A stretch of 64,000 nucleotides of DNA, taken from the NCBI GenBank assembly GCA_958412345.1, contig CATYSO010000012.1, positions 1,577 through 65,576 of the forward strand. The letters are read 5' to 3'. The first letter of the stretch is position 1, and the number at the start of each line of letters is the position of its first letter. The position numbers and the translations under genes are program-made. Below are positions 42,109-53,158 of this stretch, piece after piece. The notes beneath the pieces were generated by a model that saw only the letters and a list, made by a program, of their open reading frames with translations, searched no databases and was not told the origin of the DNA. This stretch comes from an uncultured Collinsella sp. Lineage in GTDB: Bacteria > Actinomycetota > Coriobacteriia > Coriobacteriales > Coriobacteriaceae.

Positions 42109-44503
42109 CAGCATGCTCAAGAATGTGGCGTTCTATGCCGCCTGCTTCGCTTTTTCCGTCGCGTTCTTTATTGCGCTTGCCATAGCGGGGCATGTCTATC
42201 CCTTTGGCGACAACTCGTTTCTCACCAACGACCTAAAGTACCAATACATCGACTTCTTTGCGTGGTTCCGACGCGTCCTTTTGGGCGAAGCGAATCTTCG
42301 CTATTCCTTTTCCCAGGGACTCGGCATGAACACTTGGGGGCTCTATAGCTACTACCTCGCGAGCCCCTTCAACCTGCTCTGCGTGTTGTTTCCCGCAGAC
42401 AAGCTGACGCTCTTCGTATTTACCATAACCGCGCTCAAACTGGGCTGCATCCACATCAGCAGCGCTTGGTATGTGCAAAAACGCTTTGACCTGTCCAAAC
42501 CCGCCGCATTCCTGCTTTCTCTCTCGTTCACGCTTTGCAGCTGGACCATCAGCAACCTGCGCAACCCACTCTGGATCGACTGCCTCATCCTACTGCCCAT
42601 CTGCGCCTACGGATGCTACGAGCTCATCTGCAAGCGGCGCATGGTGCACCTCGTCATCGCAACAGCGCTCAATGTCATGTTCTGCTGGTATACGGCCTAT
42701 ATCAGCATCCTGTTCCTCTGCATCTTCGTACTGGTCGAATTTGTCGATTATGTTGCAGAAGAGGGCTTTAGCTGGAAGCTTATGCTCGACCGAGCCCTGC
42801 GATTTGCAGGCGCCATCGTACTCGGGCTTCTTCTGTCCGCCTGGACCTTTTTGCCGACCATCCTTGCCATGTCCAAGGGCGGCCCCGTTCTGGCACTCGG
42901 CCCCCTACTTAAAACTAGCCTCAAATCACTCGTCAGGGGCTTTCTCCCCGGCATGTGGGTGAACAACGATAGTACACCGCAGTTCTATTGCGGCATCATC
43001 ATGATGCTGCTCGCGGTGAGCCTGTTGTTTAACCGCAAGGCTTCAATCAAGACGCGCATCGCAACGCTCGTTACGACAGCCATCCTGATCGCAAGCTCCG
43101 TTTTGAGCCCGCTCGAGTACATCTGGTGCGGCATGCGCGTGCCCAATGGCTTCTACTCACGCACGGCTTTTTTGCTGAGCTTCTTTGCGCTGTGGGCCGC
43201 GGGATACGCGCTGCAGGCACTCAAAGAGCGGCCAAAAATGTGCCTAGCCTATCGCCCGGCCGTTGTCTTGCCGTTGATGGCACTCACGACCATCGAGCTA
43301 TTTGCCAACGCCCATGTTATGTGGAACCAGCTGTACGTCGGCTATTCCGAATCCACCAACAGTGTCTACGTCGCCACCGCAACAAATACAATCAAGGCGA
43401 TTCAAGATGAGGATGCGACGCCGTTTTACCGCATTGACCGTACGACCACGCGCGCCGATAGCGCCGCACTCAACGAAGGCTTAGCGCTCGGGTACAACCA
43501 GCTGTCCTCGTATTCATCTGCCAACAACCCGCAGGCAATCGCGCTGCTTAACTCCCTTGGATACAGCAGCGTGTGCGAGTTTTCGACCCGCTATGCCGAG
43601 CCGATTCTCGCCGTCGACGCGCTGCTGGGAGTCAAGTATGCCATTGCCGAAAACGCGCCTGCGGGATACGTTTCGGCCAAGACGAATCAGACCGACTCCA
43701 CACGCGCGGTGTACGAGAACCCCTATGCGCTCAGCGTTGGCACCATGGCTTCTGACGACATTCAAAACAGCACGCTGAAGGGCGAGAACCCCTTCGAAAA
43801 GCAGAACGACCTCTACAGCAAAATCCTGGGCCGAGAGGTCGAGCTCTATACCAAGATCGAGGCCACGAGCACGGAGAATAGCGATAGCCTAAAGCAATTG
43901 AGCGTTACCGTACCGGCAAACTCTATCGGGTATCTCTACATCAACAAAGATGCGACCGCCGGCAGTTATTGGCCCGTCACCCTTACCATCGACCAGCGAA
44001 CGATCGAAAACGAAGCTTGGCGATTCGATAACAATATCCGCCAGATTGCGGATGTATCGGACGCCCCGAGCCAGCATACGGTGTCAATCGGAGTCGCAGA
44101 GGGCTATACAGACATGCCCCAAGACAATGAGCCGGTCTTTTACGCGCTCAATCTGGACGTTTTCGAGCAGATTATAGATGAGCTTAAGGCAAGCGAGTTT
44201 ATACCGACGATTTTCGAAGATGGCAAGATCGAGGGCGAATTGATCGCCAAGAACGATGGCAACCTGTTGCTGAGCGTTCCGTACGATGAGGGCTGGAGCG
44301 TATCGGTGAACGGAACCGCCGCAGAACTAATGCCCGCCGCCGATAAGGGCTTGTCGTGCCTGAACGTGCAGAAAGGCACGAATAGGATCGAGATGACCCG
44401 CAAGACCCCGGGCGCCCTTGCGGGGCTTGCAGTGAGTCTGGCGACCGCTGCCGCCTTTATCGCGACTGGACTATACACCAGGCAAAAGAAAAGCCGCCGT
44501 TAA
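42092..44503 (+). CDS. YfhO-family membrane protein (GT-C-like)
   Basis: DLKYQY, YYLASPFN, SSYSS and VPYDEGW; ATG 42092 overlaps the stop region of the GtrB-like gene (csbB-yfhO-like pairing). Confidence 0.85.
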   Translation: MTRPSNSMLKNVAFYAACFAFSVAFFIALAIAGHVYPFGDNSFLTNDLKYQYIDFFAWFRRVLLGEANLRYSFSQGLGMNTWGLYSYYLASPFNLLCVLFPADKLTLFVFTITALKLGCIHISSAWYVQKRFDLSKPAAFLLSLSFTLCSWTISNLRNPLWIDCLILLPICAYGCYELICKRRMVHLVIATALNVMFCWYTAYISILFLCIFVLVEFVDYVAEEGFSWKLMLDRALRFAGAIVLGLLLSAWTFLPTILAMSKGGPVLALGPLLKTSLKSLVRGFLPGMWVNNDSTPQFYCGIIMMLLAVSLLFNRKASIKTRIATLVTTAILIASSVLSPLEYIWCGMRVPNGFYSRTAFLLSFFALWAAGYALQALKERPKMCLAYRPAVVLPLMALTTIELFANAHVMWNQLYVGYSESTNSVYVATATNTIKAIQDEDATPFYRIDRTTTRADSAALNEGLALGYNQLSSYSSANNPQAIALLNSLGYSSVCEFSTRYAEPILAVDALLGVKYAIAENAPAGYVSAKTNQTDSTRAVYENPYALSVGTMASDDIQNSTLKGENPFEKQNDLYSKILGREVELYTKIEATSTENSDSLKQLSVTVPANSIGYLYINKDATAGSYWPVTLTIDQRTIENEAWRFDNNIRQIADVSDAPSQHTVSIGVAEGYTDMPQDNEPVFYALNLDVFEQIIDELKASEFIPTIFEDGKIEGELIAKNDGNLLLSVPYDEGWSVSVNGTAAELMPAADKGLSCLNVQKGTNRIEMTRKTPGALAGLAVSLATAAAFIATGLYTRQKKSRR

Positions 44504-44518
44504 CAAGCGGCGGCTTTT
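44490..44518. terminator. Bidirectional intrinsic terminator
   Basis: AAAAGCCGCCG...GCGGCGGCTTTT between convergent genes. Confidence 0.7.
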
Positions 44519-44540
44519 ACTCTCGAAAAGTTAATAGCGG

Positions 44541-45995
44541 CTAGAGCGTCTTAAGGTACTCCCCCAGCTCTTCCTCCCAGTCGGGCATGTGGAAGCCGGC
44601 GGATTCGAGCTTGGACAGGTCGAGCGCGGAGTGGACCGGGCGCGGGGCGATGGGCCCCTCGGCGCTGGCGTAGTAGTCGGCGGTCGATACCGGCACGACC
44701 CTGTCCCCGTTGCCGTTGGCGGCCTCGAAGACGGCACGGGCGATGTCCGCCCAGCTCCTCACGGCTCCGGACCCGGTGCAGTTATAGGTGCCGTAGGGCG
44801 CTTTCGCGTCCAGAACGTGGAAGATGGCCGCGGCCATGTCGCGCGTGAAGGTCAGGCGGCCCAGCTGGTCGTCCACGACGGTGATCTTGTCCAGCCCGTC
44901 CTCGGGGTCGGCGACGCGGTCGGACAGCCCCTTCATGGTCTTGACGAAGTTGCGGCCCTCGCCGATGACCCAGGAGCTGCGCATGATGTAGTGGCGCGGG
45001 CAGCCTGCAACTGCGATGTCGCCGGCGGCCTTGGTCTGGCCGTAGACGGAAAGCGGGCTGAAGGGCTCATCCTCGGTGTGCGCCTCCGCGGTGCCGTCGA
45101 AGACGTAGTCGCTGGACACGTGGACGAGCGTGATGCCGTGCTCGGCGCAGGCGCGGGCGAGGAGCGCCGGGCCGGTGGCGTTGGCCTTCCATGCGATGGC
45201 GCGGCCCTCGGGGGTCTCCGCTTTATCCACGGCCGTGTAGGCGCCGCAGTTGATGACGGTGCCGTAGAGCGACCAGTCATACTGCGCATAGGCGTCAGGG
45301 TCGGACATGTCGAAGGTGTCGATGTCGCAGAAGTCGAAGTCCTTGGCGACCCCGCGCTCCTCCGCAAGCTTTCGGACCGCATGTCCCAGCTGGCCGTTGC
45401 AGCCGGTGACGAGGGTGCGCTTCGGCGCCATGGGGACGACGTCGGCGAGCATCGGGTGGTTGAGGTCGGCCTCGGAAACGGTGGCCTGGTCCAGCGGGAT
45501 CGGCCACTGGATGGCGAGCTCCGGGTCGGCGAGGTTCACGAAGGTGTAGGTCTTCTTGAGCTCGAGGGACCAGTGGGCGTCCACCAGGTAGGTATAGGCG
45601 GTGCCGTCCTCCAGCGCCTGGAAGGAGTTGCCCACGCCGCGCGGGACGTAGATGGCCTTGGACGGGTCCAGCACGGTCGTGAAGACCTTGCCGAAGGTCC
45701 CGCTCCCCTCGCGCAGGTCCACCCAGGCGCCGAAGACGCTGCCGCGGGCCACGGAGATGAACTTGTCCCAGGGCTCCGCGTGGATGCCGCGGGTGACGCC
45801 CCTGCTGTCGTTGTAGGAGATGTTGTTCTGGACGATGCGGAAGTCGGGGATGCCCAACTCGGTCATCTTGGCGCGCTGCCAGTTCTCCTTGAACCAGCCG
45901 CGCGAGTCGCCGTGGACGGCGAGGTCGACGACCCTGAGGCCCTCGATGCCGGTCTCCGCGACGGAGAGGTCCTTCTCGAATGCGATGTCTGCCAT
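44541..45995 (-). CDS. Fused dTDP-4-dehydrorhamnose 3,5-epimerase/reductase (RmlC-RmlD)
   Basis: RmlC motifs DSRGWFKE and RGIHAEPWDK, then RmlD motifs TGCNGQLG, AYTAVDKAE, SSDYVFDG and YGQTK. Confidence 0.93.
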   Translation of the reverse strand: MADIAFEKDLSVAETGIEGLRVVDLAVHGDSRGWFKENWQRAKMTELGIPDFRIVQNNISYNDSRGVTRGIHAEPWDKFISVARGSVFGAWVDLREGSGTFGKVFTTVLDPSKAIYVPRGVGNSFQALEDGTAYTYLVDAHWSLELKKTYTFVNLADPELAIQWPIPLDQATVSEADLNHPMLADVVPMAPKRTLVTGCNGQLGHAVRKLAEERGVAKDFDFCDIDTFDMSDPDAYAQYDWSLYGTVINCGAYTAVDKAETPEGRAIAWKANATGPALLARACAEHGITLVHVSSDYVFDGTAEAHTEDEPFSPLSVYGQTKAAGDIAVAGCPRHYIMRSSWVIGEGRNFVKTMKGLSDRVADPEDGLDKITVVDDQLGRLTFTRDMAAAIFHVLDAKAPYGTYNCTGSGAVRSWADIARAVFEAANGNGDRVVPVSTADYYASAEGPIAPRPVHSALDLSKLESAGFHMPDWEEELGEYLKTL

Positions 45996-46032
45996 GTGGG
46001 AAAAGCTCCTATCGAAGAGGTTGGGAAACCTA

Positions 46033-46091
46033 GGGCGCCCGCGCGGGGACGCAGGATCATCCCCATGCCCTGCGGCCCCGCGCGGGCGCCC
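46033..46091. repeat. Very GC-rich intergenic hairpin
   Basis: GGGCGCCCGCGCGGGGACGCAGG...CCTGCGGCCCCGCGCGGGCGCCC, a 23-bp stem with one mismatch and no U-tail. Confidence 0.7.
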
Positions 46092-46118
46092 CGCGGTGCG
46101 GGATGCCGTGCGGGCGGC

Positions 46119-47371
<1,253 letters not shown>

Positions 47372-47391
<20 letters not shown>

Positions 47392-47983
47392 CGTCTAACC
47401 TCCTAACAAAATCACCCTCGCTATGGATGCAGCCTCTTTCGTATGCCAAACGAAGCTCGAGTCCAATATCGGGATTATCAAATCGTTTATACACATATTT
47501 GTGAAGCCAGTTATTAATCTGCCTATCGTAATACGTATTGTACTGAATCTCCACCGGGTAATACCCAGCCTTGCGCGTGAAATATACGTGAACACCCCTG
47601 TATCCATCGTCAACAGACTTGCCTTGGGACATATCAACTACTTTTAAACATGCTTCGTCGACTTCGAGGATATCCTCATAAGAGTCAACCATCGAACGAA
47701 AGCCTAATAGGTCGTTAAAGACTTTTCTAACTTGGTGATCAGGATAATAACGGTCATATTTGAGCGAAATCGACTGAGCACTTTTAATTCTATAGTCGAC
47801 AGGAAGGTCAACGAGAACACCCAGGGACGTATACCATTTACGGGCGCTATTCAATTCATCCAGCAACTCATCGCGTTTGAAATAGTGAAGGTTCTTCTTA
47901 AGCGAAATGCCCAGCTCACTTTTATAGGATAGCGAGGAAAGGAGCTCGAGAGACAATCCGTCTCGCTTTAAAATAGCTTCCAT
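47372..47983 (-). CDS. Single-domain RelA/SpoT-type synthetase (small alarmone synthetase-like)
   Basis: Motifs in canonical order: YRIKSAQSISLKY, NDLLGFR, GYRGVH, VEIQYNT and HKYVYK; no hydrolase domain. Confidence 0.8.
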
Positions 47984-48016
47984 AATCACCTACCAATACG
48001 CGACCAGAGAGCCGTC

Positions 48017-48041
48017 CCCAGGCGATCTCCTCGGGCACGGA
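48017..48041. repeat. 25-bp exact direct copy of the rfbA 3' region (49703-49727)
   Basis: CCCAGGCGATCTCCTCGGGCACGGA occurs at both sites. Confidence 0.9.
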
Positions 48042-48060
48042 GCAGCACTATTCAACAAAA

Positions 48061-49035
48061 CTATCGGACATTTCGACATGCGATAAGAGCCATGACCTTC
48101 GCGGAATTACTTCCCGTACAAAACGCTTCCGGAATGCAGTCTTTGTCGTACTGAAAAACCGAACCCGCAGTTTCTTCGCGTAAGTACTTATAGAAGAAGT
48201 CCTCCCAGCTTTTAAACTTCTCACTGTCTGCAAACGCTTCCGGGGCTTCCAAAACCGCCTTAGCATCTAGCCCAGAAATAACGCCGGAACTTAGCAGAAG
48301 CCACTCGAACGACTCGGGAAGACAAACCGTAACTGCATCGCGGCGAATATCTTGGAGCTTAAGAACACGGTCCGCGTAACATCCAAATGCTGCTCCGTCC
48401 GCAACAACAAACATGCGATCATCGAGATGCTGATCCAACCAGCCCAAAATCGCGCTGTTCGTCATAGCCGAAGCACAATTAAGCTCACGGCCAGCGAAAT
48501 GCCGTTCAAAGAACTGAAAACCAGACTTACTGTCCTCGCATAGAAGGATGGAAAAGTCCCGCTTTGGCGCTGACCGGGAAATAGCGTAACGGTGATTGCC
48601 GCGATCTTGATAAACGGGTACGAAGGAGTGGTATTTTCCGCTCGTCTTAATCTTGTATATCTCATCCACGCTATACGGAAGATTGGGGAAGTCAGCCCTT
48701 GAAATCAGCACGAAGTAGTTCGAGGAATACAACACATGATGAGCAAAATCATCGGAATGAATCTCTTTTAAGCCCTCGTCGACAAATACAATCGAATCAT
48801 GAACGGACGAAAGCTGATTTCTCCAGTCATAATCAGTCAGGGCAACGCAAGGACAATCGCATTGCAGAGAAACGCCCGACTGCTCACCCATACGCATATA
48901 GTCCGCGACCATGTCAAACAGCGTCGTCTTGCCGGTACCGCTATCACCGCGCACGATAGTGATATTCCGCTTAATAGTGAATGTATACTTGGTTCCCCTA
49001 CGGCGGGAAATCTTAACGAGATGCGAACCGTTCAT
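48061..49035 (-). CDS. Hypothetical protein: truncated ABC-type ATPase domain plus TOPRIM-like domain
   Basis: ITIVRGDSGTGKT (Walker A) and IVFVDE (Walker B), then ILLCEDSKSG, VVADG and ESFE acidic motifs. Confidence 0.7.
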   Translation of the reverse strand: MNGSHLVKISRRRGTKYTFTIKRNITIVRGDSGTGKTTLFDMVADYMRMGEQSGVSLQCDCPCVALTDYDWRNQLSSVHDSIVFVDEGLKEIHSDDFAHHVLYSSNYFVLISRADFPNLPYSVDEIYKIKTSGKYHSFVPVYQDRGNHRYAISRSAPKRDFSILLCEDSKSGFQFFERHFAGRELNCASAMTNSAILGWLDQHLDDRMFVVADGAAFGCYADRVLKLQDIRRDAVTVCLPESFEWLLLSSGVISGLDAKAVLEAPEAFADSEKFKSWEDFFYKYLREETAGSVFQYDKDCIPEAFCTGSNSAKVMALIACRNVR

Positions 49036-49044
49036 AAGCAGCAC

Positions 49045-49482
49045 CTACAGGTACGGAATCGACTCGTGGATTAATTCGGCCATGTTATGAGCGATGTTGC
49101 CGCTGTTCACGACTTTGATTTTGAAGTCCTCGCGACCAAAGTCCATCACATGATAGAGGTTGATAACGAGTTTGCGGTCTTTCGCCATGTCGAGAATCCA
49201 CTTAGCACAGTTATCGCCACAGGTTGAAGCATTAAAAATATGCTTACGATCGAACTTCATAAGCAACAACGTTTTCACGCCACCAGAAAGCTGGAGCGGC
49301 GAAATAGGCCCAAGCACAGGGCTTTCGATGACGTTTTCGGAGACAACGTCCGATCGGTCGACATCCTTAATTATCGAAACCGCATAGGGGTCCGTGATCC
49401 AAGAAGACCGGTAAGAGTTTTTGAAATATGTCGCTGTGTTGTAAATCGCTTCTGGCATATCGCCAAAGTAGACGCTTAACAC
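49045..49482 (-). CDS. Small hypothetical protein (resembles DUF4869) carrying an ABC-signature-like LSGG
   Basis: GTG start after GGGAG; MLSVYFGDMPEAIYN...SPLQLSGGVKTLLLM...STCGDNC...LVINLYH; stop lies 9 nt before the next gene's ATG. Confidence 0.7.
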   Translation of the reverse strand: MLSVYFGDMPEAIYNTATYFKNSYRSSWITDPYAVSIIKDVDRSDVVSENVIESPVLGPISPLQLSGGVKTLLLMKFDRKHIFNASTCGDNCAKWILDMAKDRKLVINLYHVMDFGREDFKIKVVNSGNIAHNMAELIHESIPYL

Positions 49483-49530
49483 ATCCACTCCCAATCATTT
49501 TGTCTTTACGGTCAACGTAATCATAACGAA

Positions 49531-49558
49531 AGGGGCCACCAGATAAACGGTGGCCCCT
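49531..49558 (-). terminator. Terminator-like hairpin after rfbA
   Basis: AGGGGCCACC-agataaac-GGTGGCCCCT; followed by TTCGTT on the minus strand. Confidence 0.65.
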
Positions 49559-49577
49559 AAAAGAAAGCAAGACGGCG

Positions 49578-50477
49578 CTAGTACTCGCGCGGGCTGTTGA
49601 CGATCTCGCCGGCGGCGACCTTCTTCAGGTGCTGGCCGTAGACCGACTTGCCGTAGGCCTTCGCGGCCTCCTCCAGCTCGGCGGTCGTGATCCAGCCGTT
49701 CTCCCAGGCGATCTCCTCGGGCACGGACACGGGCAGGTCCTGGGAGTGCTCCACGGCGCGGACGAACTCCGCGGCCTCGTGCAGGCTCTCCATGGTGCCG
49801 GTGTCGAGCCACGCGTAGCCGCGGCCGAGGGTGACCACGGACAGGGTCCCCTCCTCCAGGTACATCCGGTTGAGGTCGGTGATCTCCAGCTCGCCGCGCG
49901 CGGACGGCTGCACCCCATGGGCCTTGGCGGCCACGTCGCCCGGGTAGAAGTACAGGCCGGTGACGGCGTAGGAGCTCTTGGGGCACTCGGGCTTCTCCTC
50001 GATGGAGACGGCACGGCCCTCGCCGTCGAACTCGACGACGCCGAAGCGCTCGGGGTCGTCGACGTGGTAGCCGAAGACCGTGGCGCGGCCCGACTCGGCG
50101 TTCTGCACGGCGCGCGTCAGGTGGCGCGACAGGCCGTTGCCGTAGAAGATGTTGTCGCCGAGCACCAGGGCGCACGGCTCGCCGGCGATGAACTCCTCGC
50201 CGATGGTGAACGCCTGCGCGAGGCCGTCGGGGCTGGGCTGCTCGGCGTAGGAGAGGCTGACGCCGTAGCGCGAGCCGTCACCGAGCAGGCGCTCGAAGTT
50301 GGGGAGGTCGGTCGGCGTGGAGATGACCAGGATGTCCCGGATGCCCGCCAGCATGAGGGTGGACAGCGGGTAGTAGATCATGGGCTTGTCGTAGACCGGC
50401 AGCAGCTGCTTGGAGGTCACGAGCGTGAGCGGGTACAGGCGCGTGCCGGAACCGCCGGCGAGGATGATGCCTTTCAT
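49578..50477 (-). CDS. rfbA: Glucose-1-phosphate thymidylyltransferase
   Basis: [41 protein letters not shown] and WLDTGT. Confidence 0.97.
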   Translation of the reverse strand: MKGIILAGGSGTRLYPLTLVTSKQLLPVYDKPMIYYPLSTLMLAGIRDILVISTPTDLPNFERLLGDGSRYGVSLSYAEQPSPDGLAQAFTIGEEFIAGEPCALVLGDNIFYGNGLSRHLTRAVQNAESGRATVFGYHVDDPERFGVVEFDGEGRAVSIEEKPECPKSSYAVTGLYFYPGDVAAKAHGVQPSARGELEITDLNRMYLEEGTLSVVTLGRGYAWLDTGTMESLHEAAEFVRAVEHSQDLPVSVPEEIAWENGWITTAELEEAAKAYGKSVYGQHLKKVAAGEIVNSPREY

Positions 50478-50633
50478 ATAAATCCTCTCGATTGACAATC
50501 GTTGAGCAAAAGCCGCTGATTACAGAAGCATAGTTAATAAAATTATACGCACCGGCAGCAACCTCCCTGTCTTCTTATTTAAATCGGACAGTAGAAACAC
50601 GTAACTCTTTCTGCATTTATCGCGAGGTAGGAA

Positions 50634-53105
50634 ATGAATAAGTACAATGAGCAGTGTCCAACAAACGAAAGGCAAACAATGCGAGTCGAAACAACCGGAG
50701 TATGCAGAGGAAACTGGAAAATCTACCAGCAGCTTAAGATTGAAGGCATCCATAAAGACTCCAGCGTAACAGCCAGAGCGGCTACAGACGATAACCGCTG
50801 TTTACCTTTATCTCTTCTAAAATTCAAAGACAATAACGGCGATTCGAACTCATACGTTCTTGTAATCCCCGACCCCGATACCCGAGCCATTAAAGTTGAG
50901 TTTAGCGAAATCGGCCAAGACGGTCGCACCCTGAGCAGCGACTCCCTTTCGCTCAATTGCAAAAACATCAAATGGGAGTCTCGCCTTAACTACAAAATTA
51001 AACCCGACATGTGCAGCAAGCTACGAAACTACGATGACGTTTCAGAGTTTGACATGGCAACGATTGATTTCTGGCAGTGCATCGAAGATTCAAGCGACTA
51101 TATCCTTAGGTGCACGGTGAGGACGCCGTATCGTAGCGACTCGCAAATCAAACTTCGTTGTCTCGATCGAGCCCTTAATGAAGTTAATTTGAACATTGTC
51201 GATTTCGGATCAAATGTAACTAGCGTTGGATTTACGTCCGAAAAGAAACAGCTTGAAACGCAGCTCTCGATTCGTATGCCAAAGGCATTCGATCGTTATT
51301 ACTTTGTTATTGATGATCAAAATCATCCATCTTTTAATGCATTTGACTGCCTAACGCCCGATAAATTAGGCTTACTTCTTGAGGAGACCAACTTCCTCTT
51401 TACCCATGCGCAGTTTGACCCCGAATACCCCGAATGGTTCGCAGAGCACAAGGCTACCATCGGTGCTTTAGAGAAGCAGAGAAAAATCGTCTTCAAAAGC
51501 GCTCCGAAGTTCAGCATTATTGTCCCTCTTTACAACACACCCATTTCGTTTTTTAACGATATGACCGAATCCGTAAAAAACCAGTCTTATGCAAACTGGG
51601 AGCTCATCCTAGTTAATGCAAGTCCTGACAATCAGGAACTAAAGGCTCGCGTTGAGCAGGAGACAGCCCACGGCAGCAGAATTAAATCAATTAACCTTAC
51701 CGAGAATAAGGGCATTTCCGAAAATACAAACGCCGGCGTTGCCATCGCTTCGGGTGATTTCGTTAGCTTCTTTGACCATGACGATATTCTTGAACCGGAC
51801 TTGTTGTTCTCATATGCCGAGGCAATTGAAAGCAATGATGACGTCGATCTTCTTTATTGCGACGAAGACAAACTCATGCCCGATGGAAAGCTGGCACAGC
51901 CGTTCTTTAAACCGGATTTCAATATCGATCTGCTCAGAAATAATAACTATATCTGCCACATGCTTACCATCCGTAAGTCCCTGCTTGACACTCTAGATCC
52001 GAACACGAAAGAGTTCGATGGAGCTCAGGATCACAATCTGACTCTCCGTGCTGTGGAAAAGGCAAGGAAGGTTCATCATGTTGCAAAGGTCCTATATCAC
52101 TGGCGTCTAAGCGAGACCTCCACCGCAGCAAATGCCGATAGCAAGCCGTATGCCACTATCGCAGGCATCAAAGCGGTTCAGAATCATTTGGACAGGCTTG
52201 GACTCAATGCAACGGTCGAACAGGCACGTCGTCCCTTTACATACAAAGTAACCTACGCCGTACCGGATTCCCATCCGCTTGTGTCGATTATCATTCCGAC
52301 AAAAGATCACGCCGACATTCTGGACAACTGCATCACGTCAATTGTTGAGAAATCGACATATGACAATTACGAGCTTGTCATAATCGAAAACAACAGTACT
52401 AAGAAGGCGACGTTCGATTATTACGATAAGCTGCAGGCAAAATATCCTGATGTTGTACGCCTTTTTACCTGGGAAAACGAATTTAATTTCTCCAAGCTTA
52501 TGAACTTTGGCGTCGCTCACGCCAAGGGCGACTATCTCTTGCTGTTAAACAACGATACCGAGGTAATAACGCCCAATTGGATTGAGACCATGCTTGGCAT
52601 CTGCGCACGTGAGGATGTTGGCGCAGTTGGCGCAAAACTCTACTATCCCGACAATACCATTCAGCACGCTGGCTTATGCGTCACTGGTGGCGTGGCAGGA
52701 CATCTTTGCCAAAGTATGCCAAGAAACAACTGGGGCTACTTTGCACTCAACGATGCACAGCAAGACTTCAGCGCCGTCACTGCAGCTTGCATAATGACCA
52801 AGCGTGACGAATATGAGAAAGTCGGAGGTTTCACCGAAGAGCTTCAAGTTGCATTTAATGATGTTGACTTTTGCTTAAAGCTACGCGAGATCAACGACTT
52901 GATCGTATACACGCCCGAAGTTGAGCTCTATCACTACGAGTCGATTTCTAGAGGCGTTGAAAACAATACGGAGAAGCAGATTCGCTTCCACAAAGAAGTC
53001 GCGTACATGAATTATCGCTGGGCAAAATACTATGTCGAAGGCGATCCATACATGAATCCTAATTTAACTGTCGAGGAACCAATTAATCGTTACTACCATC
53101 TATAA
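50634..53105 (+). CDS. Large glycosyltransferase with two GT2 domains
   Basis: FSIIVPLYNT...FFDHDD...GAQDH and VSIIIPTKD...LLNNDTE...SAVTAAC...NDVDFCL. Confidence 0.9.
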   Translation: MNKYNEQCPTNERQTMRVETTGVCRGNWKIYQQLKIEGIHKDSSVTARAATDDNRCLPLSLLKFKDNNGDSNSYVLVIPDPDTRAIKVEFSEIGQDGRTLSSDSLSLNCKNIKWESRLNYKIKPDMCSKLRNYDDVSEFDMATIDFWQCIEDSSDYILRCTVRTPYRSDSQIKLRCLDRALNEVNLNIVDFGSNVTSVGFTSEKKQLETQLSIRMPKAFDRYYFVIDDQNHPSFNAFDCLTPDKLGLLLEETNFLFTHAQFDPEYPEWFAEHKATIGALEKQRKIVFKSAPKFSIIVPLYNTPISFFNDMTESVKNQSYANWELILVNASPDNQELKARVEQETAHGSRIKSINLTENKGISENTNAGVAIASGDFVSFFDHDDILEPDLLFSYAEAIESNDDVDLLYCDEDKLMPDGKLAQPFFKPDFNIDLLRNNNYICHMLTIRKSLLDTLDPNTKEFDGAQDHNLTLRAVEKARKVHHVAKVLYHWRLSETSTAANADSKPYATIAGIKAVQNHLDRLGLNATVEQARRPFTYKVTYAVPDSHPLVSIIIPTKDHADILDNCITSIVEKSTYDNYELVIIENNSTKKATFDYYDKLQAKYPDVVRLFTWENEFNFSKLMNFGVAHAKGDYLLLLNNDTEVITPNWIETMLGICAREDVGAVGAKLYYPDNTIQHAGLCVTGGVAGHLCQSMPRNNWGYFALNDAQQDFSAVTAACIMTKRDEYEKVGGFTEELQVAFNDVDFCLKLREINDLIVYTPEVELYHYESISRGVENNTEKQIRFHKEVAYMNYRWAKYYVEGDPYMNPNLTVEEPINRYYHL

Positions 53106-53121
53106 ACCGTCGCTTACGATA

Positions 53122-53153
53122 ATCGGGCATTGAAATATCTTTCAATGCCCGAT
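53122..53153. terminator. Intrinsic terminator between convergent GT genes
   Basis: ATCGGGCATTGAAA/TTTCAATGCCCGAT 14-bp perfect stem, followed by GTTTTTT. Confidence 0.8.
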
Positions 53154-53158
53154 GTTTT

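Noticed and set aside
44541..45995. RmlC-RmlD fusion as a novelty
   Set aside because: Known in Actinomycetota such as bifidobacteria.
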